A stretch of 64,000 nt of DNA from Octopus bimaculoides. Lineage: Eukaryota. The DNA is taken from the NCBI RefSeq assembly GCF_001194135.2, contig NC_068993.1:235972-299971 (forward strand), written 5' to 3'. The stretch's first letter is position 1. Each line of letters begins with the position of its first letter. Shown here piece by piece: positions 53,736 to 64,000 of the stretch. The position numbers were made by a program, and so were the translations under genes. Under the pieces are notes generated by a model that had not been told where the DNA came from, did no database searches, and was given only the letters and a program-made list of their open reading frames with translations.

Positions 53736-55393
53736 TAGATAGATAGATAAATAGATAGGTAGATAAGATAGATAGATAGATAGATAAATAAGATAGATGA
53801 TACATACATAAACACACTTTCCATCTGCTGAAGTCCACTTACAATATACGCGTCAACCCAAAGTTGTATTAGATTCTTTTCCAAGGTGCCACACAGTGGG
53901 ATCGAACTTTTTGGTTCCAATACGAATTTCTTTACGCTGCTCGATCTTAAAATACTAATTTATTGCTTTTTAATCATTTTAACAAGAAATAGCAAATTAA
54001 TCCAAGGTAGTTTGCATTTTATTGACTTTACCGACCGCCTGTTGAACTTCAACCAGCATTAGATAAATGACTAATTAAATTTTTTTCTTGATCATCATTT
54101 TTATGCATTTTATTGCTAATTTCACCTATGATGAAGCAGATTTTACATTCTGTAATTTAACTGAGAGTAGCAGAAGTGATTTACACTAATTATGTGAGAT
54201 GTTTTCGTTTTGACTCATCTAGGCTTAAATACCCCAATATCGGGCTCCACAAGTCTTTTCATTCCAGCAGATAACTTGACCTCGTGATTAAACGAATCTG
54301 TTGTTTGTATTGGTCGATTTTTAGCCGTCCAATCGTGTAGACGCCACAGTTCATTTGTCCTTACACGGGAAATTAATTACCAGTTTTCCCTGTAAGGACG
54401 GCAATTCTCGACTGTTCGAGGTCTTTTGCAGCTCGTCTCCAACAATGATGTTCTGACACCCGCCAGTCTCCGCTTTCATCTCCACCAGACGCTTGTATAC
54501 ATCATTGCTGTATGAAGACCACCAACAAACCAACGGCTGCCTCTACACACCACCAAACAGTAGTACATCAACTATGTCCAGCCTAACCACGAAGTCTCTC
54601 GCACATCTTTGTTGTAATCTGTTATGTTATTTAATTTCATGTATGGCAATCATTGTATTTTATAACGGAAAATAAATCGTCGCTTACCAGTTCATTTCAT
54701 CTCAAGTTATATATACTATTTTACATTTTCTTATTCACTCGACTTCGTTTTACGAGTTTAGAAGTAATGCGTAGTTTACACAAGCTGCAAATGTGTCCTA
54801 TTCACGAATTCAGTTTCATTTCCACATGTATTTATTTTAGAATTGTGTGTTTTTTTTAAGTAGGAGAGGCTAAAGCAATTGGAACAGGACATGAAGGCGG
54901 AAATGTTGAACCTGAAATCATGCCATATTTCAAATATATCTTACGATGTCCAAATTCTGTTCTCACTTTATAATAATTGCCATCAACAAAGTAGTCATCC
55001 TCCTCTGGTGTTATCGTCTGGTCTTTTGACTTCAGGTCGATATGACCGAACACTTGATCGGTCACAAATCATCCGTTTATATTGATTAAAGCTAACATTT
55101 CCTGGTTTCTTAGCAATTGACTCTGTTAGTAACCCTGGAAGTGACATTGTATCGTGTTACTTGCTAATCTGTTTTAATTCTACCTCCAGCAGATTGGCTG
55201 CAAACATACTTGAATAAGATGGTTCGGTGGAGGAGGAGGCTACAGTTACTTCTTATGACGTGTTGGATTCGTGGGTGATGAACAAAGAAATTGCAGTTCT
55301 TCAGAATAGGACACATAGTTGATGTTTTAATAGTTCAAGACAGTTTTTCCATGGAAAGAGCAACAAAAAGAACTTGGAAAAGGTAAAAAGAAG

Positions 55394-56090
55394 TGTTGCG
55401 GCTCAAGCAGTCAGCGCGACAGCCATTGCCGTCTCCGAGACTGGAACGAGACCTCACCTGCATCCATTTGCCATGCGCGAGATCACAACGAGGGCCCAGC
55501 AAACAGATTCTGTCTCTTTATTCACCTCATGTGCTTGCTGAGCATACTTGGTTGGATGGATTCTCCAGGCTAGTCTGCATGTCGTATCTCCAGAGGCAAT
55601 GGGCCCCGCGTAACGAAGATAAAACGAACGCACACAGCTTGCGACGGTGTTGGCTTACGACGTCGAGGGTTCCAGTTGATCCAATCAACGGAACAGCCTG
55701 CTCTTAAATTTAACGTGCAAGTGGTTGAGCACTCCACAGACACGTACCTCGAGGATATTCAGCGTGACAAGGCTGACCCTATGAATTACAGGCACAACAG
55801 AAACAAGAAGTAAGAGAAAGAGTACAACAGGGTTCGCCACCATCCCCTGCGGGAGCCTTGTGGAGCTTTAAATGTTTTCGCCCAATAAACACTCACAACG
55901 CCCGGTCTGGGAATCGAAACCGCGATCCTATGACCGCGAGTCCGCTGCCCTAACCACTGGGCCATTGCGCTTCTACGAGCTTGCGACGGTATAGTGAGAG
56001 TAACATACTTCACCTTCCGTGTAAATTGTAAATAAAACCGATTGAGAATTTGCATTTTACTTAAGACTTCTTTCCTCGCCTGAAACAACA
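55394..56090 (+). mobile_element. Probable solo LTR (~355 bp net) interrupted by a SINE
   Basis: TGTTG...CAACA termini and aataaa near the 3' end; no clean TSD. The strand is inferred from the aataaa. Confidence 0.5.
55649..55977 (-). mobile_element. Complete young tRNA-derived SINE with a 13-bp TSD
   Basis: A box tggcccagtgg and B box ggtttcgattcc; perfect direct repeat agcttgcgacggt at 55636-55648 and 55978-55990. Confidence 0.9.
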
Positions 56091-57002
56091 CAAAGAACAA
56101 AAATTAATGGGAGAAGGCGATATTCAGCCCGATATCGTGAACCTTGCCTCCCATTATAGAAGGATAAAAATGCTGAAAATTTAAAAGCAATCCGGAATCC
56201 TATTGTTGCTGAAGATGGTTGGAAGATTGTCAGCCGTTACCACTTCGTGAAATTTAACAAATTAAGAAGCTGTTCTTTTATGTATTTTTTTGTTGTTTTT
56301 GCTTTACTCTAATGATATTTTGGAGAAATAACCCCTTAAAGAGAATATGGAGCTTTAACAAGTGAATTTGACTGAAGCTATATGTATGTATGAGTGCATG
56401 CATGTATGTATGTATGTATTTTGAAATTTGATGCTCTATGGTGTGTTAACGTAAATTTTCTCCTTTACTAAATGTCAAACTTGCACCACCGAATGATTTA
56501 TGTGGCGAACAAATGGCATGATTGTGCGCAATACAACTGTTTACAGTTCAGTTTCAATTGAAGAATAGTGAGTCAGATGATTCGATGTTGGCAAACGTCC
56601 AGAATACACGGCTGCAGCGGCCAACTTTTAGAGCTTTTTGTGCAGTGAATCAAAAACTTGTTTCGTTTTTTTTTTTTTTTTTCGCTTTTGCTTCAAGTGG
56701 TTGTCTTGTTCCCTCATAAACACCTATTTATCGACAGCCAATGCATCCTTTCGGGGGTATTAATTTTCTGAAGGTATTTTCGATGACTCGTCTAATAGTT
56801 CCTTCATTAATTTTATTAAATTCTAAAAATGATTCTGACTTCATCTGATTCTTCTGAACTTGATAATGGATGTGAATTGGAGGCAATACAGAATAGCAAA
56901 CTTGACGTAGAGTTTTCATATTGGTCAGATAGCGTAATCGAGTGATGGTTTGAAAAACTGTTCCGAGATACCAACGCAGTTTTAATTATAACATGCTTTT
57001 AA

Positions 57003-57211
57003 GGCAGCGAGTAGACAGAACGGTTAACATGCTGGGCAGAATGCTCAGTGGCATTTAATCCGTCCTTACGTTCTGAGTTCAATTTCCGCCGAGGTCGATT
57101 TTACTTTTTATCTTTACGGGGTCTATAAAATAAGTACCAGTTTATTTCTGGAATCGATGTAATTAACTTACTCCATCCCCCGAAATTGCTGGCCTTGTGC
57201 CAAAATTAGAA
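57003..57211 (+). mobile_element. High-copy SINE (ggcggcgagctggcagaa family)
   Basis: ggcagcgag...ttctgagttcaatttccgccgaggtcga...ataagtaccag...gctggccttgtgccaaaa. Older antisense copies at ~11200-11350, 17440-17530, 32700-32830, 39340-39500 and 60130-60230. Confidence 0.75.
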
Positions 57212-58941
57212 AGCAGTCATATTCAAACTTCGTTTAAACTTGCAAATATTTATTAATTCTCAATCAAAGTCTTCCAAAACAATATTTGTGATAATCTCAC
57301 ATTTCAAGTTGCTTTTTCTTTCAAATAACCATTCCCACTGCTTTGCTTCAACACCCCCCCCTCCTCTACTCTTACACCAGCAACTCCCCTCAAACTTTCT
57401 TGACCACTCTCCTTTCTAAAGTTAACTGTCATAACATTTCCTCCTCCTCCTCCATCGGACCATCTGATTAGTAATTCCCCACTTAATCTTTCTACTTTTC
57501 CCCTCAAACTCACTGTTACTTCAGCTCTGCTCATTGAAAATGTGTTTTGCTGTTGATATGTCTGAGCAAGTTGAACAAATGACCGGTACTTGACTTTTAC
57601 GTATGTCTTTCTCTCTACATCCATCTCATGACCAATGTCCATAGCCTTAGCAATTGGTTCACACACTGTTGAACATGTGAAGTACACCAGCCTACAACTT
57701 ATGGAAGAAACTGAGTCTACGTGGTCGTTCGACCTGCTAGAATTAGCAACGAAATTTCTCTCAAATCACATTTCACAGTCTTAGAAGACGACATAAATGG
57801 AGTTCTATGCACATAAGAAAAAGGCGGATTGGTCACGGCTGGAATGCCTTCGATTATGAGACGTTACGATATTAGAGCTAACTAGAAGTTAAAATAGCAA
57901 CAACAATATGTACGAAGTCGGCAAACATCATCGACTCAAAAATGTTTCTTTGCTCGTCATTGCAACATTTATACGAAAAGGAACGTCAAAAAAAAAAAGG
58001 ATCTCGAATTTAGAGTCTGAAAGTTCTACTTTCTAAATTACAACCGAGGCATTTGGTTTCTTGTCGAAAGCAGGTCATTGTATGTCATTTGACTGCGACT
58101 CGATCGTGTTTCTCTTTGCTAGAAGAGTGAAATAAATTTTTTTTTAATGAAAACTCTAAAACCCCAAGTGCTCGTGTTTCTTATGGTTCAACATCAAAAA
58201 TAACATTTCAGCCATCAACCAGGTAAAATGCTGGAGCAAGTGCCTCTATTAATTTTACAGAATCCTTTCTTTTATCTGCCATTCCTTGTCCAACGTTGTT
58301 CTGCGAGTAACAGTTAAGACCATTATATTTTGCCTCCCGTTTTGTTTCCAGCCCCCACTTTAAACAGCGCAAACCCTTATTTGAACATTTTGTAGTTTCA
58401 CTCTGAAGAAAATATGTTTAATGTTCGTAACTGCAAGTTACACAGCTCACTTCCGAGGGCCACACCGTACAGTTTCTAGNNNNNNNNNNNNNNNNNNNNN
58501 NNNNNNNNNNNNNNNNNNNNNNNNNNNNNNNNNNNNNNNNNNNNNNNNNNNNNNNNNNNNNNNNNNNNNNNNNNNNNNNNNNNNNNNNNNNNNNNNNNNN
58601 NNNNNNNNNNNNNNNNNNNNNNNNNNNNNNNNNNNNNNNNNNNNNNNNNNNNNNNNNNNNNNNNNNNNNNNNNNNNNNNNNNNNNNNNNNNNNNNNNNNN
58701 NNNNNNNNNNNNNNNNNNNNNNNNNNNNNNNNNNNNNNNNNNNNNNNNNNNNNNNNNNNNNNNNNNNNNNNNNNNNNNNNNNNNNNNNNNNNNNNNNNNN
58801 NNNNNNNNNNNNNNNNNNNNNNNNNNNNNNNNNNNNNNNNNNNNNNNNNNNNNNNNNNNNNNNNNNNNNNNNNNNNNNNNNNNNNNNNNNNNNNNNNNNN
58901 NNNNNNNNNNNNNNNNNNNNNNNNNNNNNNNNNNNNNNNNN

Positions 58942-59310
58942 ATTCCTTGGTCATATTGGCGATATGAGGGCGGGCGTTGTCGTGGAGCAGAACTTCATGC
59001 TGCCGATTAGATTTTCTCTTGAATAGCCGTATTGAGTCGTTCCATTTGTTGAACATAGAGTTCCGCGTAGACCGTTTGGTTCCGTTCAAGCAATTCGTAA
59101 TGGATAATCCCTTCCCAGTCCCACCATATGCACAACATCGTTTTAGGCAGATGAAGATCTTGTTTCACGCGCGGTGTCGCTTGTTTACCGGGGCTAAGCC
59201 ATTCCTTACACTGCTTCATATTGATGTACAGGCACCATTTTTCGTCGCCAGTAACAGTTCGGTAAAGAAATCGTTGCTTGTGTCTATCAGTTGAGCGATG
59301 ACGAGCAAGA
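58942..59310 (-). mobile_element. Mariner transposase fragment (second subfamily); 3' part probably lies in the gap at 58480-58941
   Basis: RFLYRTVTGDEKWCLY...WLSPGK..PRVKQDLH..KTMLCIWWDWEGIIHYELL...HDNARPH. Confidence 0.88.
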
Positions 59311-60847
59311 AAACCAGAAGAGCCAGAAAAGAAAAACTATAATTCTGATTAATAACTAGCCCCATTAGACTACAGTTCATACATCAAGCCCGGCGCTGTT
59401 GCCTTACACATTTTAGATTAACATAAAAAACAAAGATCATCCAACTGATTGACTGAATCTTGTCACATCTGACTTTCCTGAACTTGGTTGCAAATAATCT
59501 CCACATAATTCCACAGAGTGTAACTGCCTCTACTCAACTTCTTATCCCTATTGTATCTCAACAGTAAACACATTACTTGCAATTCTTTCTCCCACTCCTT
59601 GAACATAATTTTCCCACAAGAATCAGCCGATAGAACTTTTAAGTTGAACTGCAACAACTTCAACCTCGCCCGTCTGGGTAGCGATGCAAAGGTCACCAAC
59701 ATAACTCAACCTCCTCGTCCTCCTACTAAACCACTATAGAATGTTTTTGTTTACTTATTTACATTATTCACAAACCGAACGTTTGGAAATCGTCAATTAT
59801 TTTCATACAAGGATTGTCTTTATATGTAAGAAGACATAACGACTGCTTCTTTTAAATTAAAAATAAATTGTTGATTGTGTTTCTAAAAAGAGTATCGTGA
59901 GAGTAAAGAAAGAACCGGAAAAACTACATTGCTCTGTTTAAACAGGTACAAGGACAGTTAGATGTAACAAGAAGAAGAAGAAAGGTGTAAGAAATCGGAC
60001 AAGGTATGAATTACTCATTAGCCACTGTACTCATAGGAGTTATTTCTGTATAACCAGAGATACTACGTTACTTCTATTATTTCGCTGAGAAATAGCTCGG
60101 AGTGTTCTATTAAGATTCTATTCACACCAGGGATCAATTCTAGGAAAATAAATTGACCCATACATTATTTTATTGCATCCGGCGGTAAGGTCAACATCCA
60201 AAGTATTCGAACTCAACACTTAAAAAGTAGTAACTAAATAATATTATTTCCCGAAGCTCTCCAGACGTAATAATTCTAATTCTGATGGTAACTCATTAAA
60301 GACTTTAAAAAGAACGGTGTCACCTTATGAAAATTATGATCTAAAAGTTGACATCGTTTTTATAAGCTTTTCCATACACCACCAGTGATGTTTTCTGAAG
60401 TAAATGGATGTTCCGAGTCTTTCAATAGTCAGACACCCTCAACCAGGCGACCCAACAAGGGTTGATGAAGTCTCAACTTGTGTCCAGTTAGCACTACCCC
60501 TTCCAGGGCTCATACCTGATCCACAGCCACCCTCAGGCAACACCTGCTACCTCCATAGCGACCTTATTTGCAGTTACGGTTAAGTATTTCGTTGACGAAG
60601 ACAAATAATACCGAAATATGTGCAGAGTTATCCTGCTATTGCTTAAAATCAGACTAACTTTTCTTTGTATTTCAAATTTAACAAATTCCCCTTAAAATAT
60701 CTGAGTTTAGATATCAACTATGCCAGCGGCAACTTCACTACTATTCATGCAACTAGGATGCATACGCATTTATCCCACCCCAACCTACCCCACCCCACTA
60801 ATCATTCCTTACTTAAAAACCGATATATAATGTAGTGGTAAAGTATG

Positions 60848-63286
60848 TAGGAGTTGTAAGCAATTGATTGGAACCTTTCCAATTAATTATTTTCCTAGCA
60901 ATCAATTAATTTTAATTGGGATACAGGCCAATCAATTATTGCAATTAATTGTCAAATATTTTGCCGAACGTAAAACGTCAAGTATTTTGGAGTGTTAGAT
61001 TCGATTTAGATAAGAGCCAAAATGATAAGAAAATAAAAGGCACGTCTTATAGTTTCGAAAAACTTTACTATCAGAAAACGTTCAAAGTTCATTTTTTATT
61101 GATTAAGAATAGGGAACAAACAACATTTACACTCTACATTGTACAGTAGTTGGAAAATAAATAAATTGAAGGTCTTTAATTGAAAGAGTTTCTCAAACGA
61201 GTTGGAAAATTAAAATGTTCTAATATAGCAAAAGGCCATGAACGATTGCAGATTTCTGAAACTAGGTCTTCATCCCTGAAAGCGCGATTGACTTTTAGAA
61301 ATAATTGCATTTCTAAATTCATTGGTGTTAAGTATTGCCGAAAATCATTAAAAGCGTAACCGGCAGAGCTGAGGAAACGTTCCAAGATGTTGGACGTTGG
61401 TAACAAAAATCTACAGTTCAGATATTGCTGAGGTGAAATTTTATCTTTTTTGTGTTTTTTCAAACAAATTGAAGCAAAATCATCATCTTCTACAGGTAAA
61501 TCAGACTGTTGTGACGTATCTGTCACCATTTTCAGCTGATGTAGAGCATCCACTTCATTCGCAGTTAGCTCTGCTTCTTCATGGAAAATTTTCACAATTC
61601 CACTTTCAAAATTTGGGCTCTGCACAATGGTTGCCGATGGAAGCAAATATTTTAAAAACTCCTCGTAAGGCTACAATACGAGAATTTCGTCAAAAAGAAT
61701 TCGGGCGTCTCCCAAATCTATTTCTCTTCTTTGCAAGGCGTTGGTTACTGAACGTAACTTTCCTTAATTGCATTTTACAGTCTGCAGATCATTATTATGA
61801 TCGCGTGGAGTCAACAGATAATCAATCAATTTTGGATCGACTTGAAAAGAGTCTAAAAACGGCTTGAGTTGAATGTACCTCTCAATCATGTCATAAGTAC
61901 TGGACCAACGGGTTTTATTTCTTTGTTTAGGTTGCAAAGGCGTTTTCCCCCGAAGTTTACCCTCAAGTTTTAAAGATTTTAGCTTGCCTAACAACGTATT
62001 AATTTTATCAAGCAGAACTTCCTGCTTGTCGAGATAAGCAGAAACAACAAGATTGACTTTATGAGAGGCACATCCAAATCAATAATATTCTACACAAATT
62101 CGCTTTAGATTTGTTCACTTCAGTAATATCTCCGGTAATAGCTACAACATTTTCTAAGATTTTGTTATAGACACTTAACACATACTCTATAAATTCGACA
62201 TAATCAGAACCAGTGAATGATGTTTCACTTACCATCGGCGAAAATGCCAGCAAAACAATACAATAGTCATTTTGATAATTGCACGAATAAGATGCAAGAA
62301 GTCTAATGAAATGCATCAAACCCTTAGTCCAACCGTCGATTATCAACGAAAATTTACTTTGAAGTTCATCAGATATTTTCTTTTAGACTTCTTGAGTAAG
62401 TTTCTCCATGTATTTCTTTAAGGTCATATTTGCCATACTTCCCAAGTTTGTATACTTACAAGTCATTGGGTCTTCAGTAAAGGAAAAACAGTTTTAAACC
62501 AACACATACCCACTCGATCCAACCATAAACATTTAAGGCCGAGCGACTGACCAAACTGCTTGGTGAAAGAAAACTCGATAAAAATGGTTGTCCAGTTGCT
62601 TGTGTAGTAGAATACTCTGGATGCTGTTTTTTTTTTTTTTATATGATTCACAAAAGTTGTCCATCCAGTTCCTTTTTTCCACACTTGCATTCCCATACAT
62701 GTTCACTGTCTGGTTAAAATATTTTCTGACGATTTGCTCGTTTTCACGCGGCACGGGTTAGCTTAAAATAAAATATATTTCGCCTCAATTTGAAATAGAA
62801 TATATTTCGCCACTCCAGTGATGAAAGTCTAATTAAGTTAATATGTTGGAGCGGAATTCAAGATACAATCGTGTTACAGGCGAGGTTACGATTTAATGAC
62901 TTGAAGACAAAATGTGTGAATCATTCTCGGCTGTCAGAACCGAGAATCACTCGACAGCAGTTATTTGACAACATACACAATAGCCGATCCCGAGCATGAT
63001 AGAATGTGTATCATTCTCAGAGGTCCGAATAAAGCATCAACAATAGTCAATTCCTAAGCACGACAGAATGTGTGAATCATTCTCAGCAGTCAGAACAAAG
63101 AGTCAACACTGTACCTCAAATATTTGAGAGTGAAGTATGAGCTACTTGAAAAACTTCACTGACAATGTGTGCAATAAATTGCAATTAATTAATATGATAG
63201 CAATCAATTATTTAATTGCCCCTACGACTTCATTGGACCAATATATTGCAATTAACTTTACATCAATTCATTTTTTAGAACCCCTG
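60848..63286 (-). mobile_element. Complete hAT-superfamily DNA transposon (2439 bp), inactive
   Basis: Ends taggagttgtaa and (reverse complement) caggggttctaa; 8-bp TSD aaagtatg (60840-47) / aaagtatt (63287-94); subterminal caattaatt/attgcaatt repeats. Transposase spans ~62754-61240 with a BED-like CxC...H, IIDGWT, GD, GCASH (CxxH), TRWSST and PTSNILERFLS; broken by stops and frameshifts. Confidence 0.92.
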
Positions 63287-63664
63287 AAAGTATTTAAGTC
63301 TTAGAATTTTTTTATGTTGTGTGTGTGCGCGTGCATTATGTGCATGTGTGTATAGCTTGTTTCTTATTGTTTTCTTTCATATATATATTAAAAATAGGGA
63401 AAGCCTGTTTATGGGATTACTTTATGTTTCCTGGCCATTAAGTTTGTTTTTTTTGCATTTGGGTCAACGACTTTTGAAGAGGTTGCAAGACGCAACAAAA
63501 ATTTTACAAAAAAAAAAATAAATAAGTAAATGAGTGGAAATCGAACTTCAGTGTGTGTTAAATAATAAGGCACTAAAAGAGAATGACTCTCACCAGACAC
63601 AATTATATGCGTGTGTGTGTGTGACGCAGGAGTGGGTGTATGTTAAGAAGTGAGTGTATGTTAA

Positions 63665-63751
63665 GGCGGCGAGCTGGCAGAAACGTTAGCACGCCGGGTG
63701 AAATGCTTAGCGATATTTCGTCTGTGTGACACCGGTTGAAATGCTTAGCGG
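63665..63751 (+). mobile_element. SINE head (ggcggcgagctggcagaaacgttagcacgccgg), truncated
   Basis: Same family as 57003; internal duplication of ccgg.tgaaatgcttagcg; ends abruptly at tgtagcgac. Confidence 0.7.
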
Positions 63752-64000
63752 TGTAGCGACTCCCTGAAATTGGATTGTTACTAGTTATTTGAGTGCGTCT
63801 GTACAGTAAGTGCAAGTTTCCATTGACTGTTTTTGTGTGTTCTTGTCATAACTATTGTGTGATAGTCTTCGTTTGAAAACTATCGTGTGTTTCCCCTATG
63901 GGGGAAACAGTAATTGCTGGCAAGATGCCGAATAATGTATCTTCGTCTGGCGAAGAGGAGTCAACCGGAGGAAAAAATATAGAAAATTTATTGTTTGGAG

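Noticed and set aside
54856-55330. Short ORFs (TDQVFGHIDLK...GNYYK on -, MVRWRRRLQLLL on +) as first exons of a third gene
   Set aside because: In-frame stops nearby, no good acceptor or start, no partner exons and no recognisable homology
55900-55970. tRNA gene
   Set aside because: It has A and B boxes but runs straight into a SINE body bounded by a TSD, so it is a tRNA-derived SINE head
60848-63286. Parallel to mammalian ZBED6, a domesticated hAT located in ZC3H11A intron 1
   Set aside because: This hAT is on the same strand as ZC3H11A but is broken by stops and frameshifts, keeps its TIRs and TSD, and probably lies ~25 kb upstream of the likely promoter. It is a coincidence unless the TSS maps beyond 63.3 kb.

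Overview
AT-rich eukaryotic (animal) genomic DNA with six N gaps. The SINE/RTE/CR1 repeat content and microsatellites look like an octopus (coleoid cephalopod) assembly; that is inference from repeat families, not a database match. Two convergent multi-exon genes were assembled by hand from splice sites and reading phase. (1) The 3' part of a TPR-repeat gene matching TTC6, on the + strand: 11 exons at 997-12532, with the 5' end outside the window and the terminal exon not found. (2) A complete ZC3H11A-like CCCH zinc-finger gene on the - strand: 13 coding exons at 29131-14154, 585 aa, plus a probable 5'UTR exon. No convincing coding exon was found between 30.5 and 64 kb. That region and the introns hold decayed mobile DNA: two mariners, a piggyBac-like element, RTE/CR1/Penelope remnants, many SINEs, a probable solo LTR with a nested SINE, and a complete hAT element. 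The best leads are (a) the hAT element at 60848-63286, whose transposase resembles, from memory, a family I know mainly from oomycetes; (b) a 69-bp inverted duplication carrying octamer and CCAAT motifs at 48866-49399; and (c) inverted SINEs flanking an in-frame-skippable ZC3H11A exon. I could not support a wholly new multi-gene system. No prokaryotic, CRISPR, rRNA or genuine tRNA features were found.
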